From Chthoniobacteraceae bacterium (lineage in GTDB: Bacteria > Verrucomicrobiota > Verrucomicrobiia > Chthoniobacterales > Chthoniobacteraceae), in contig JANNWY010000279.1 in NCBI GenBank assembly GCA_031409335.1, forward strand, positions 1 through 54,345: a DNA stretch of 54,345 bases. The letters are read 5' to 3'. Position 1 is the stretch's first letter, and the number at the start of each line of letters is the position of its first letter. The translations under genes were made by a program, and so were the position numbers. The notes beneath the pieces were generated by a model. It was not told where the DNA came from and made no database searches. It worked only from the letters and a program-made list of their open reading frames with translations. Shown one piece after another: positions 32,444 to 41,920 of this stretch.

Positions 32444-32656
32444 CTACCTTCTCCGGAAGATCACGATCAGAAAGACGACACCGCCCGCGAGCAGGGCGGT
32501 GCCGAGCGCGACGGGGCTGGCGCTCTGGGCTGGCGCGGCGATGACTTGGGAAGGTGGTGCCTTCGCGGGCGTGGCCTCGGTGAAGCTGGACGCGATCAGC
32601 CAGAGGCCGAGAAAGATGATGCCGACGGCGACGATGCTGAGGCTTGCGCGCATCAT
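32444..32656 (-). CDS. Small two-TM membrane protein
   Basis: Two hydrophobic segments and a basic C-terminus; overlaps the regulator stop by 4 nt. Confidence 0.65.
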   Translation of the reverse strand: MMRASLSIVAVGIIFLGLWLIASSFTEATPAKAPPSQVIAAPAQSASPVALGTALLAGGVVFLIVIFRRR

Positions 32657-34077
32657 TCGCCGACGCCCTCCCGCGCCCGGCGGAGGCCGAAATGGATGAG
32701 CTTTTCGCGCATGGTCAGGCGCGAGACGCCGAGCCAGCGGGCGGCTTTGGCCTGGTTGCCTTGGGCGAGTTTGATCGCTTGGGAGAAGAGCTCGCGATCG
32801 GCGGTTTCAAACACTTCCGCCCGCAGGTTTTCCGACTCGCCGCGGCTGGCGGCGGCGAGCAGTTCGGCGACGTAGGCGGCGATGGGTGAATCGCCCGCGG
32901 CGCGCGGCGGCGAGGCGTTCAGGGCCTGGCGGACTTCCGCGACGCCGATGGCGTAGCCGCGTGCGAGCAGCAGCGCTTTGCGGATGGCGTTTTCGAGTTC
33001 GCGGATATTGCCGGGCCAGGGCTGCGCGCTGAGGAGTTGCTCGGCGGCGGGCTGGATGGAGGCTTGCGCGGTGCCGAGTTCCTTGCCGTAACGCCGGAGG
33101 AAATATTGCACGAGCGCCGGGATGTCCTCGGCGCGTTCGCGCAGCGGCGGCAGGGTGATGACGACGACGCTGAGCCGGTAGAATAAGTCCTCGCGAAACT
33201 GCTTTTCGGCCATTGCGGTTTCCAGGTCGCGGTGGGTCGCGGCGATGACGCGGGCGTCGATCGGGATGGTCTCCTTTCCGCCGAGTCGCTGGATACATTT
33301 TTCCTGGAGCACGCGCAGCAACTTGGCCTGCGTATTTGGGCTGAGGTCGCCGATTTCATCGAGGAAAATGGTGCCGCCGTGTGCTTGCTCGAAGCGCCCG
33401 ATGCGCCGCGCGTCGGCTCCGGTAAAGGCGCCGCGCTCGTGGCCGAAGAGTTCGCTCTCGAGCAGCGTCTCGGGAATCGCGGCGCAATTGATGGCGATGA
33501 ACGGCCGCTCCGCGCGGTCGCTGTGCTGGTAGAGCGCGCGGGCGACGAGTTCCTTGCCGGTGCCGGTCTCGCCGCGGATGAGCACGGTCACGGGCTTCGC
33601 GGCGACGCGGCCGATCTCCTTGTAAATCTCCTGCATCGCGCGGCTCTGGCCGACGATCGAATCGCGCGTGGCGGAGGCGCTGCCGACGGCCACCGGCTCG
33701 AACATGAGCCGGCTGCTGGCGAGTGCTTTCTGCACGAGTGCGATCAGCTCAGGCATCTCGAAGGGTTTCAGCAGGTAGTCGTAAGCGCCGAGCTTCGTCG
33801 CCTCGATCGCGGTCTCGGTGGTGCCGTGCGCGGTCATCAGGATCACGGGCAGACGCGGCTGCGCGGCGTGCAGGCGCTTGAGCACTTCCATGCCGCTCGC
33901 GCCGGGCAGGCGGAAATCGGTGATGACGAGGTCGCACTTTTTCTCCGCGGCTCGCGCCAGGCCGGCCTCGCCGGTTTCGGCGAGGAGAATTTTCCAGCCT
34001 TCGCTTTCGAGCACGCGGCGCAGTTCGCCGGCGATCCGGGCGTCGTCTTCGATAAGTAGAATCGTGGTGGTGCTCAT
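32653..34077 (-). CDS. Sigma-54-dependent NtrC-family response regulator
   Basis: Receiver domain, GETGTGKE, GAFTGA, FLDEIGD, WPGNIREL, C-terminal HTH. Confidence 0.95.
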   Translation of the reverse strand: MSTTTILLIEDDARIAGELRRVLESEGWKILLAETGEAGLARAAEKKCDLVITDFRLPGASGMEVLKRLHAAQPRLPVILMTAHGTTETAIEATKLGAYDYLLKPFEMPELIALVQKALASSRLMFEPVAVGSASATRDSIVGQSRAMQEIYKEIGRVAAKPVTVLIRGETGTGKELVARALYQHSDRAERPFIAINCAAIPETLLESELFGHERGAFTGADARRIGRFEQAHGGTIFLDEIGDLSPNTQAKLLRVLQEKCIQRLGGKETIPIDARVIAATHRDLETAMAEKQFREDLFYRLSVVVITLPPLRERAEDIPALVQYFLRRYGKELGTAQASIQPAAEQLLSAQPWPGNIRELENAIRKALLLARGYAIGVAEVRQALNASPPRAAGDSPIAAYVAELLAAASRGESENLRAEVFETADRELFSQAIKLAQGNQAKAARWLGVSRLTMREKLIHFGLRRAREGVGE

Positions 34078-35375
34078 GCGTTTCTCTGGATCGGCAGCAC
34101 GATCCGGAAGGTGGTGCCGCGGTCCGGCTGGGTGGTGAATTCCAGCGCGCCCGCGTGCTTCTCGACGATGCGCGCAGCGATGGAAAGCCCGAGGCCGGTG
34201 CCGCTCGGTTTCGTGGTGAAAAAGGGATCGAAGAGCCGCTGCTGCACCTCGGCGGGGATGCCCTTGCCGGTGTCTGCCACTTCCAGCGCGATGGCGCGTC
34301 CGCCGCCCGCCGCGAGCTGGGTCACGCGGGCGCGCAGCGTGATTTTCCCGCTGTCGCCGATGCTCTCCGCGGCATTGCGCACAAGGTTGATGAGTACCTG
34401 TTTGATCTGGTGCGCATCGGCCTGAATGACGGTCCCAGCAGCGCCGTCCACCGTGAGTTCGACCGAGGACTTACGCAGCTCGGCCGCGAGCAGTTCCTGC
34501 ACTTCGCGCAGCAGACCCACCGGCGATACCTCCGCGAGCTGCGGATCGGACGGGCGCGCGAACAGCAGGAAGTCGCGGACGATGCGTTCCAAGCGATTGA
34601 TTTCCTCGCCGATAAAGTCGCAGTCCTCGTGCTCCGGCGTGCCTTTGGGCAGCAGCTTTTGGTGGGTGTAAAGGCGCGCCTTGATCGCGGTGAGCGGGTT
34701 GCGGATTTCGTGTGCCACGCCGGAGGCCAGCACGCCGAGCGAGGCCAGCGCCCGCGCGTGTTCCAGCGCCGTGCCGCTCTCGCTGAGCTGCTGCCGCAGG
34801 GGCACGAGGATGCCGCGGTAGGCGGTGACGAGCAGCCACGCGGCGAACGCGGCGAGCGTCACGAGCAGTGCGAAGTTCACCTTCTGCAGCGTGGCGATGT
34901 AGCCGTGCGAATCCGCGAGAAATTGCCCGACGCCCTGGCGGCGCACTGCCGAAAGCTGGTCGAGTAACTCGGCGGTGCGAAGCTGCTCCACGTCGGTCAT
35001 TTTGCCGCCACCGAGCTGCTGCACGAAGCCAGTGGCGTTGGTGAGATAGCGCGCGTAGTCAGCGGCGACCCGATTGAGCAACTCGCGCTCGTGCTCCGTC
35101 TCCAAGAGCGGCTTTTGGTCCGCGATCCACGTCCCCAGCGCGCGGCTCGTGGCCAAAAAGCGCGCCCATTCCTCTGCCCCCTCAGAGCGCTCGGCGCGGC
35201 GGAGTTCGCCCTTCAATTCCACGATCGCGTCGTCCACATGCTCGGCAATTCGCAATCCTTCGGTCAGCTCCGCGACCTGCCGCCAGCCAGTGCGCACCGA
35301 CCAGAAACTGGCCACCGCCAGCGCGACGATGGCGATGGCGATGGCGGTCAGGCGAAGTTTAAGCGCGGGCTTCAT
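34074..35375 (-). CDS. Membrane sensor histidine kinase
   Basis: Two TMs; AHEIRNPL, NLVRNA, DTGKGI, FDPFFTTK, GTGLGL. Confidence 0.95.
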   Translation of the reverse strand: MKPALKLRLTAIAIAIVALAVASFWSVRTGWRQVAELTEGLRIAEHVDDAIVELKGELRRAERSEGAEEWARFLATSRALGTWIADQKPLLETEHERELLNRVAADYARYLTNATGFVQQLGGGKMTDVEQLRTAELLDQLSAVRRQGVGQFLADSHGYIATLQKVNFALLVTLAAFAAWLLVTAYRGILVPLRQQLSESGTALEHARALASLGVLASGVAHEIRNPLTAIKARLYTHQKLLPKGTPEHEDCDFIGEEINRLERIVRDFLLFARPSDPQLAEVSPVGLLREVQELLAAELRKSSVELTVDGAAGTVIQADAHQIKQVLINLVRNAAESIGDSGKITLRARVTQLAAGGGRAIALEVADTGKGIPAEVQQRLFDPFFTTKPSGTGLGLSIAARIVEKHAGALEFTTQPDRGTTFRIVLPIQRNA

Positions 35376-35497
35376 CAAGGTGGTAAGCGACTTATCAGCG
35401 CAGGAGCAGCGACTTACCACACGAAAGGCGAAAGCGCACTCGCTGTCGCTTTTTAAGTCTCTGTCGGAAAGACTCTTAAGTCTATATCAAAATCCGC

Positions 35498-35513
35498 TGG
35501 CACGGCGCGAGCT
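35498..35513 (+). promoter_or_regulatory. Sigma-54 (-24/-12) promoter
   Basis: TGGCACGGCGCGAGCT has GG-N10-GC spacing with a perfect TGGCAC. It lies just upstream of ATG 35530 and divergent from a GAFTGA activator operon. Confidence 0.75.
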
Positions 35514-35529
35514 AAAGGAATTTGAAAAT

Positions 35530-36222
35530 ATGAATGCGCTGTTTCTGATCATCTTCGTCTCAACTCTTGCGATCTCCCTACTGGCTGCCTGGCGGGTGAA
35601 ACGCGTCTATCGGCGCTACAGCGAAGTGCCGGCCTCCTCCGGGTTGACCGGCGCCGAAGTGGCCGCGCGGATTCTGGAGCGCGCGGGCATCACCGACGTG
35701 GAAATCGCGGAGCACAACGAGCTGCTCGGCGACCACTACGATCCCATGAATAAGCGCCTCGTGCTCTCGACGCAGAACTATCACGGCACCTCCTGCGCAG
35801 CGCTCGGCGTGAGCGCGCATGAGTGCGGCCACGCCATCCAGCATCAGCTCGCCTATGCGCCGCTGAAGTGGCGCATGGCCGCAGTCGGCGCGACGAACTA
35901 CGCGAACCAAGTCGTCATGTGGCTGCCGCTCATCGGCATGTTCACCGGCCTGCTTTCACCCTACACCGGCGGGCTCATCATGGCCGCGGCCTGTGGCGTC
36001 ATCATGGTCTTCAACCTCATTACGCTACCCGTGGAATTCGACGCCTCGAGCCGCGCCACCGGCATCCTGAGCGGTATGGGATTTGTCGGCACGAATGATG
36101 AGCTATCGGCAGTGCGCAAGGTCCTCAACGCCGCAGCGTGGACCTACGTGGCCGCCTTTGTCACCTCGCTCGCTTACTTCCTCCTCCATCTCCTGCCGCT
36201 CCTCATGGGTCGTCGGGAGTAA
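35530..36222 (+). CDS. YugP-family putative neutral zinc metallopeptidase (membrane)
   Basis: GLTGAEVA..IL, LGDHYDP, AHECGHAIQH, TLPVEFDAS.RA, VLNAAAWTYVA. Confidence 0.92.
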   Translation: MNALFLIIFVSTLAISLLAAWRVKRVYRRYSEVPASSGLTGAEVAARILERAGITDVEIAEHNELLGDHYDPMNKRLVLSTQNYHGTSCAALGVSAHECGHAIQHQLAYAPLKWRMAAVGATNYANQVVMWLPLIGMFTGLLSPYTGGLIMAAACGVIMVFNLITLPVEFDASSRATGILSGMGFVGTNDELSAVRKVLNAAAWTYVAAFVTSLAYFLLHLLPLLMGRRE

Positions 36223-36255
36223 TCAGCACCCACCCACGAATCTCATTCGACACCC

Positions 36256-36591
36256 ATGCAAATCCATCTCAGCCCTCGCAACATCAGGCTCACCGCAGCC
36301 ATCCACGGCTACGTCGCCGAAAAAGTCATGCGGCTCGAAGGCATCGCCAGCGAGATCCTTGCTGCCCACGTTGTCCTCGTGCACGATGAGCGGGCCGCGG
36401 CCGGGGCTTACTACTGCGTGAAAGTCCACCTGGCCGTCGCCGGCCCCGACATTCACGCCAGCGAAGTCGATGCCGATCTCTACGCCGCAATCGACAAGGT
36501 CAGCGACAAACTCGCCCGCCAAATCCGTAATCGGAAAACCAAGCTCGTGGATAAGCGACGCAAGGCAGTCCGCAAAGAAGTCCTCGGATGA
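36256..36591 (+). CDS. hpf: Ribosome hibernation promoting factor (short HPF/RaiA family)
   Basis: RNIRLT.AI..YV.EK and DLYAAID.V.DKL.RQ.R..K.K. Confidence 0.88.
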   Translation: MQIHLSPRNIRLTAAIHGYVAEKVMRLEGIASEILAAHVVLVHDERAAAGAYYCVKVHLAVAGPDIHASEVDADLYAAIDKVSDKLARQIRNRKTKLVDKRRKAVRKEVLG

Positions 36592-36968
36592 AAACCAAAG
36601 TCCTGCTCGTCGATGACGATGTGCCGGTGCTCGCGGCCCTGAGCGGCCTGCTGCGCGCCGAAGGTTACGATGTGATCGCCGCCTTCGACGGTCAGGATGC
36701 ACTGCAAAAGTTCCACACCATCGGCGGTGCCGACATCGTCCTGCTCGATCTCAACATGCCCGTCCAGGGCGGCTGGGAAACTTTCAACCGTCTCACCGCA
36801 CTCGATCCGCACCTACCCATCATTGTGATCACCGCGCGGCCTGATCAGCATACGCTGGCCGCAGCCGCCGGAGTCAGCGCACTACTGGAAAAGCCTTTGG
36901 ATATCCCGTTGCTCCTTGAGACGATGCGCCAGCTATTGGCTCCACCGATCGCGGCTCGTGCCGACTAA
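36588..36968 (+). CDS. Stand-alone response regulator receiver
   Basis: VLLVDDD, LLDLNMP, IIVITA, EKP. Confidence 0.92.
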   Translation: MKTKVLLVDDDVPVLAALSGLLRAEGYDVIAAFDGQDALQKFHTIGGADIVLLDLNMPVQGGWETFNRLTALDPHLPIIVITARPDQHTLAAAAGVSALLEKPLDIPLLLETMRQLLAPPIAARAD

Positions 36969-37021
36969 CTACTACACGCCCGCCCAACCACACCTGCAGC
37001 AATCAACCGACATACAAACCC

Positions 37022-38047
37022 ATGAGCTATCGCCAAAACGAACCCCCGCCATTTGACAAAGAATTAGCCGCTCAATTCGAGCGCGCCACTGATCGACTGG
37101 CCGAAAACCTACCCAAACTCCTACCCATCGCAGCCGGCTTGATCGTGGTCCTCTGGCTGGCATCCGGAATTTACTCCGTTAATCCAGGCCACGTTGGGGT
37201 GGTCCGCACTTTCGGGAAGGAAACCGCCCGCACCGATCCTGGGTTGAATTTCCGTTTCCCATGGCCGATCCAGCAGGCCGATGTAGTGAGCGTCGAACAA
37301 ATCCGCCGACTCGAAGTAGGCTTCCGTGAGGGAAAACGGGTCCACGAGGAAGCCCTCATGCTCACTGGCGACGAGAACATCGTGGAGGCTCAAATCGTGG
37401 TGCAATACCGCGTGGCCGATCCTTCCAAATTCCTATTTCGCCTGCGCGATCCGGAAATCGCGCTCGGCACGGCCACCGAAGTGGCCCTACGCAGCACCGT
37501 TGGCAGCATGACCATTGATCAGGTCATGATCGAAGAGCGCACCAAGGTGCAGGACGACGCGCGTGTATTCATCCAGAGGCTCATGGACTCCTACGAGTCC
37601 GGCATGGTCATCACCGAGGTCAAGTTACAAGCCGCCGACCCACCCGATGCGGTGCGCGATGCCTTCCACGACGTGGTCCGCGCCCGCGAGGACAAGGAAA
37701 AGCTCATCAACGTGGCCAAGGGCTATCAGGCGGACATCTTGCCGAAGGCCCGTGGCGAAGCGCAAAAAGTCCTGCGCGAATCCGAGGGCTACAAAGAAAA
37801 GCGTGTGCTGGTCGCGCAGGGTGAAGCTTCCCGCTTCCTCAGCGTGCTTGCAGAATATGACAAGTCCCGCGAAGTAACCCGCGACCGTCTGCACCTCGAA
37901 ACCATGGAGAAAATCCTGCCCGACACAGACAAGGTGATTGTGGATGGCGACCTCGGCCAGCGGTTGTTGGCATTGATGCAAATGGGCACCCCGCCAGTGC
38001 TTCCAGGCACCCTCCGCCCGGCCATTGAACCACTGAAAGGAAACTAA
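37022..38047 (+). CDS. hflK: FtsH protease modulator HflK
   Basis: SPFH domain with MLTGDENIV, AF.DV..ARED, PKARGEA, A.GEA.RF. Confidence 0.93.
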   Translation: MSYRQNEPPPFDKELAAQFERATDRLAENLPKLLPIAAGLIVVLWLASGIYSVNPGHVGVVRTFGKETARTDPGLNFRFPWPIQQADVVSVEQIRRLEVGFREGKRVHEEALMLTGDENIVEAQIVVQYRVADPSKFLFRLRDPEIALGTATEVALRSTVGSMTIDQVMIEERTKVQDDARVFIQRLMDSYESGMVITEVKLQAADPPDAVRDAFHDVVRAREDKEKLINVAKGYQADILPKARGEAQKVLRESEGYKEKRVLVAQGEASRFLSVLAEYDKSREVTRDRLHLETMEKILPDTDKVIVDGDLGQRLLALMQMGTPPVLPGTLRPAIEPLKGN

Positions 38048-38050
38048 CGT

Positions 38051-38983
38051 ATGTATAAGAAAATACTTCCACTCGTCGCTGTAACCAGCGTCTTTTTCGC
38101 CTCCGTTGTCGCGAAACAAGTATTCATCATCGTGGACGAGAGCGAGCAAGTCATCGTCACCCAGTTCGGCGAATATATCCGCACCATTCAAACCCCGGGC
38201 GTGGCCTTCAAGACACCGTTTCTCCACAGTGCCATCCGCTTCGACCGGCGCATCCTGGCCAGCGACGCCCCGGAGGCCGAGTATCTGAGCCAGGACAAGA
38301 AACGGCTCGTGGCCGACCCAGTGACCCGCTGGCGCATCACTGACCCGCTCAAATTCTTCAAGACCGTGCGCGATGAATCCGGCGCTCGTGCCCGGTTGGA
38401 CGATTTGGTGTTTTCCGAACTGCGGAGCGAAGTAGCCAGTCACACGTTCGCAACGGTGATCGGGACCAAGCGCGAGGTCATCATGGACGCCGTCGCCACG
38501 AGTGTGCGTGAGAAAGCGCGGGACTTCGGCATCGAGGTGGTGGACGTGCGGATCAAGCGCGCCGACTTACCAAAGGAAGTTCAACAAAGCGTTTTTGCCC
38601 GTATGCAAGCGGAGCGCGAACGCGAGGCCAAACGCTACCGCAGCGAGGGCGAGGAGGAGGCGAACAAGCTGCGCAGCCAGACGGACAAGGAGCGCACCAT
38701 CGTCCTCGCACAGGCGGAGCAGGACGCCCAGAAATTCCGCGGTGAAGGCGATGCCACCGCCACACGCATCTACGCCGAAGCCTACGGCAAAGACCCGGAG
38801 TTCTACCGCTTCGTGCGCAGCCTTCAGAGTTACGAGATATTTCTCGGGAAACGCAGCACCATCATGCTCTCTGCCGACTCGCCGCTGCTTCGCTACCTGT
38901 CCGGTCCGCAAGCCGAGGGCGCGAAGCCACCTGGCGTGGACAAGTCACTGCCAAGAGTGACGATTGCCGAACCAATCGAGTAA
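38051..38983 (+). CDS. hflC: FtsH protease modulator HflC
   Basis: DKKRL, WRITDP, DVRIKRADLP, RMQAERER.A, DPEFY.F.RSL..Y. Confidence 0.95.
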   Translation: MYKKILPLVAVTSVFFASVVAKQVFIIVDESEQVIVTQFGEYIRTIQTPGVAFKTPFLHSAIRFDRRILASDAPEAEYLSQDKKRLVADPVTRWRITDPLKFFKTVRDESGARARLDDLVFSELRSEVASHTFATVIGTKREVIMDAVATSVREKARDFGIEVVDVRIKRADLPKEVQQSVFARMQAEREREAKRYRSEGEEEANKLRSQTDKERTIVLAQAEQDAQKFRGEGDATATRIYAEAYGKDPEFYRFVRSLQSYEIFLGKRSTIMLSADSPLLRYLSGPQAEGAKPPGVDKSLPRVTIAEPIE

Positions 38984-39005
38984 TCGACTGCAAACCCGCA
39001 TCATC

Positions 39006-39392
39006 ATGAATCCAAAGACAGCCCGCTACCTAATGCTCTATGGCGTCTTCCTCACCGTCATGGGACTGCTTGGCTACTTGTCGAATCCGGAGAAAGCCAA
39101 GACCGCCCTGATGTCCGGTGGAACCTTCGGTGCGCTCTCCATCATATGGGGCGTATTGGGCGCACGCGGCTTCGCGTGGAGCCGCTGGGCAGCCATCATC
39201 AGCACCTCCTTCCTTGCCCTAGTCTTCGCGTGGCGATCGAGCATCGTCTGGTCCGCAATCTTCCAAGGCAACTCGGAGAAGCTCTATTCGGCGAGTTTGA
39301 TCGGCCTCATGCTCGTCGCCTCGCTGGTGATGCTGCCGCTTCTCCTAAAAGGTGGCGAAACGGCGCATGAAAGGCGTGAAACTGATCACTGA
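39006..39392 (+). CDS. TMEM14-like small multipass membrane protein
   Basis: YG..L...GLLGY and KTAL.SG...G pattern; four hydrophobic segments. Confidence 0.7.
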   Translation: MNPKTARYLMLYGVFLTVMGLLGYLSNPEKAKTALMSGGTFGALSIIWGVLGARGFAWSRWAAIISTSFLALVFAWRSSIVWSAIFQGNSEKLYSASLIGLMLVASLVMLPLLLKGGETAHERRETDH

Positions 39393-39432
39393 GGCTTCCC
39401 CCAAAAGTACTGGGCGGCTCTTCCCTGGAAGT

Positions 39433-40128
39433 ATGAATCCATCCTCGCTACTTATAGAAGCATCGACGGCTGAAGCGCAGCGGCACCCATCGCCTGGTCT
39501 GCCCTCCGCGGCCCATGTGGAATCTGTTCCGGCTGAAAACCTAGCCACGGAGATCGCGTTGTTGCAGCGTGTCGCGCAGGGCGATCGCGAGAGTTTTGCG
39601 GCGCTCTATGATCGCTTTTCGGGTGTCCTGTTCGCCACGGCCTATCGCGTCCTGAACAATCAGCACGCCGCCGAGGACACGCTTCAGGAAGTCTTCATCC
39701 AGATCTGGGAAAAAGCCGCGTTCTACGATCCCGCGCGCGGGATGCCGCTGACGTGGGCCGTGACGCTGACGCGCCACAAGGCCATCGACCGCCTGCGCTC
39801 GACCCAGCGGCGCAGCCGCTTGCAGGACGACGTGCAGCGGGAGTCGGAAACCGCCGCGCAATTCAGCGAGCTGAGTTCCAGCGATTTCGCCGCCGCCGGG
39901 GATACGAGCGTGCTGGTCCGCGCGGCGATTCAGAAGCTGCCCGAAGAACAGCGCGAAGCCATCGAGCTGGCGTTCTTCTCCTTTCTCACGCAAACCGAAA
40001 TCGCCGTTCGCCTCAACGAACCGCTCGGAACAATCAAAGCCCGCATCCGGCGCGGGATGCTCAAGCTGCGCAACGCACTCAATCCTGAGTTCGGCCGAGC
40101 CAGCATCGCACTTCAAGCCGCGAGCTAA
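39433..40128 (+). CDS. ECF sigma factor (SigK-like)
   Basis: F..LYDR, AED.LQEVF..IW, W...L.R.KAIDRLR, LP.EQR.AIELAFF..LT..EIA..L..PLGTIK.RIRRG. Confidence 0.92.
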   Translation: MNPSSLLIEASTAEAQRHPSPGLPSAAHVESVPAENLATEIALLQRVAQGDRESFAALYDRFSGVLFATAYRVLNNQHAAEDTLQEVFIQIWEKAAFYDPARGMPLTWAVTLTRHKAIDRLRSTQRRSRLQDDVQRESETAAQFSELSSSDFAAAGDTSVLVRAAIQKLPEEQREAIELAFFSFLTQTEIAVRLNEPLGTIKARIRRGMLKLRNALNPEFGRASIALQAAS

Positions 40129-40271
40129 CCGGTCGCTCGTATTGAGTCCGGGCGGCAGCATGAGCGGCTTCGAGGGTTCTTCCCGCGGGAAGGATCGGCG
40201 GTTCACTCCGTCCTATCCGATCCGATTTCTCCGGCGTTGCTGAAACGTGCTCGGATCGCTACGAAGCAGGC

Positions 40272-40941
40272 ATGGCGACCAAGACGACGCAGACGAAGGA
40301 AAATGCCGCCGGACTTTTCATTGTCGCTAACAGCGACTCGGATCGGAAGGTGCGCTCTTACCTCAAGGAATGGTGCGAGCTTTCCAAGGCTATCGACATT
40401 GCCACGGGCTGTTTCAAGATTGGCTCGCTGCTCGCGGTTGAGGGGAGATGGCAGACCGTCGCTCACTTCGGCATCCTGATGGGTGATGAGGTTTCAATGC
40501 AGACGAAACGTGCATTCGCCAACCCGACATCCTCCGCACTTTGGAGCGCCGTAATGATCCACGCACGCCGTTCGAGATTTGGTTCGAGGCGCTGCACAAG
40601 TTCTGCAGTGGCCACGAACTCACCCCGGACGAGTGGGACACCGAGGAGTCCGTCGTCTTCCGCCAGCTCGCCCAGTATCAGCGGGATGCCTACAAAAACC
40701 TCGTTGGCCTCATGCTCATCGAGCACTTCGTGCGGAAGGAGAAGATGAACGTCGTGCTCTTCGCGCCGGAAGCCGCGCGGCAGGACGTGTGGGAGCCCGT
40801 CATTCGCTCGCTCCCCGACACTGCGCCCTCGACCGAACCGCGCTCTCCGCGCTGCGCAAAAAGATCGAAAAGGAAGTCACTGCCACCCAGCTCCGCGCCA
40901 TGCAAACGCCGGTGTTGAATTGCTGCATCGAACCGAACTGA
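40272..40941 (+). pseudogene. Heavily deleted relic of a PLD-domain/SNF2-like helicase
   Basis: Three fragments in different frames recall the N-terminus (FIV.NSD..IDIATG.F.IG.LL..ILMGDE), the middle (YQ.D.Y...VGLMLIE..VVLFAP) and the C-terminus of this family. The Walker A motif and helicase core are absent. Assignment is from recall. Confidence 0.65.
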
Positions 40942-40950
40942 ATCAAAGCT

Positions 40951-41784
40951 ATGGAAACCAAAATTGCCCTGTTCCAGAAAAAGGAAATCCGCAAGACGCT
41001 CCACGAAAACGAATGGTGGTTCGTCATCGAAGACGTCGTCCTCGCGCTCATCGAGTCCCGCGACCCGAAGCAATACATCCAGCGCATGAAGCAGCGCGAC
41101 CCTGACTTGGGCAAAGGGTGGGTACAAATTGTACATACCCTTTCCATCCCGACTTCCGGCGGCTCGCAGCCGATGCTGTGCGCGAATACCGAAGGCATCT
41201 TCCGCCTCATCCAATCCATTCCCAGCCCAAAGGCCGAGCCGTTCAAACGCTGGCTCGCCCGCGTCGGCTATGAGCGCGTGCAGGAAATCGAAAACCCCGA
41301 ACTCGCCACCAAGCGCGCCCGCGCGCTCTACAAGGCCAAGGGCTATTCCAACGAATGGATCGAGAAACGGATGCGCTCCATCGCCATCCGCGATGAGCTG
41401 ACCGACGAGTGGAAAAAGCGCGGCGTCAAAGAGCAGCGCGACTACGCCATCCTCACCGCCGAAATCTCGCAAGCCGCCTTTGGCCTCACGCCCGCGGACT
41501 ACGCGAAGCTCAAGGGCCTCAAGCGCGAAAACCTCCGCGACCACATGACCGATCTCGAACTCATCTTCTCGATGCTCGGCGAGGCCGCCACCACCGAGAT
41601 CGCGCGCAACAAGGATGCGCAGGGCTTTCCCGAAAACAAACGCGCCGCCCGCGATGGCGGCACCGTCGCCGGCAGCGCCCGCCGCGACCTCGAAAAGAAA
41701 AGCGGACGCAAAGTCGTCACCCGCGAGAACTACCTCGGCCTCACCCAATCCGCGAAAAAAGCGGCAAAGCTCAAACAACCCTGA
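40951..41784 (+). CDS. Bro-N domain protein
   Basis: EIRK...EWWF...DVV, RLIQSIPSPKAEPFKRWLA.VG.ER, ENLRDHMTDLEL.F.ML.E. Confidence 0.9.
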   Translation: METKIALFQKKEIRKTLHENEWWFVIEDVVLALIESRDPKQYIQRMKQRDPDLGKGWVQIVHTLSIPTSGGSQPMLCANTEGIFRLIQSIPSPKAEPFKRWLARVGYERVQEIENPELATKRARALYKAKGYSNEWIEKRMRSIAIRDELTDEWKKRGVKEQRDYAILTAEISQAAFGLTPADYAKLKGLKRENLRDHMTDLELIFSMLGEAATTEIARNKDAQGFPENKRAARDGGTVAGSARRDLEKKSGRKVVTRENYLGLTQSAKKAAKLKQP

Positions 41785-41845
41785 GCCGCTGCGATGGCAA
41801 TGCGAATTGGAAATCCACGGCCCGACCGCCGAATCTTCTGCCAGG

Positions 41846-41917
41846 ATCGTCACGCTGCCCGACGACCCCGCTCTGCTGCATCTCGACGAAGCTGAACTCC
41901 GCTTGGAAATCGCCTGC
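41846..41917 (+). pseudogene. Possible fragment of a UPF0175-like antitoxin
   Basis: IVTLPDDPALLHLDEAELRLEIAC resembles a UPF0175 N-terminus; it is fused in frame to the restriction-modification fragment. Confidence 0.35.
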
Positions 41918-41920
41918 ATG

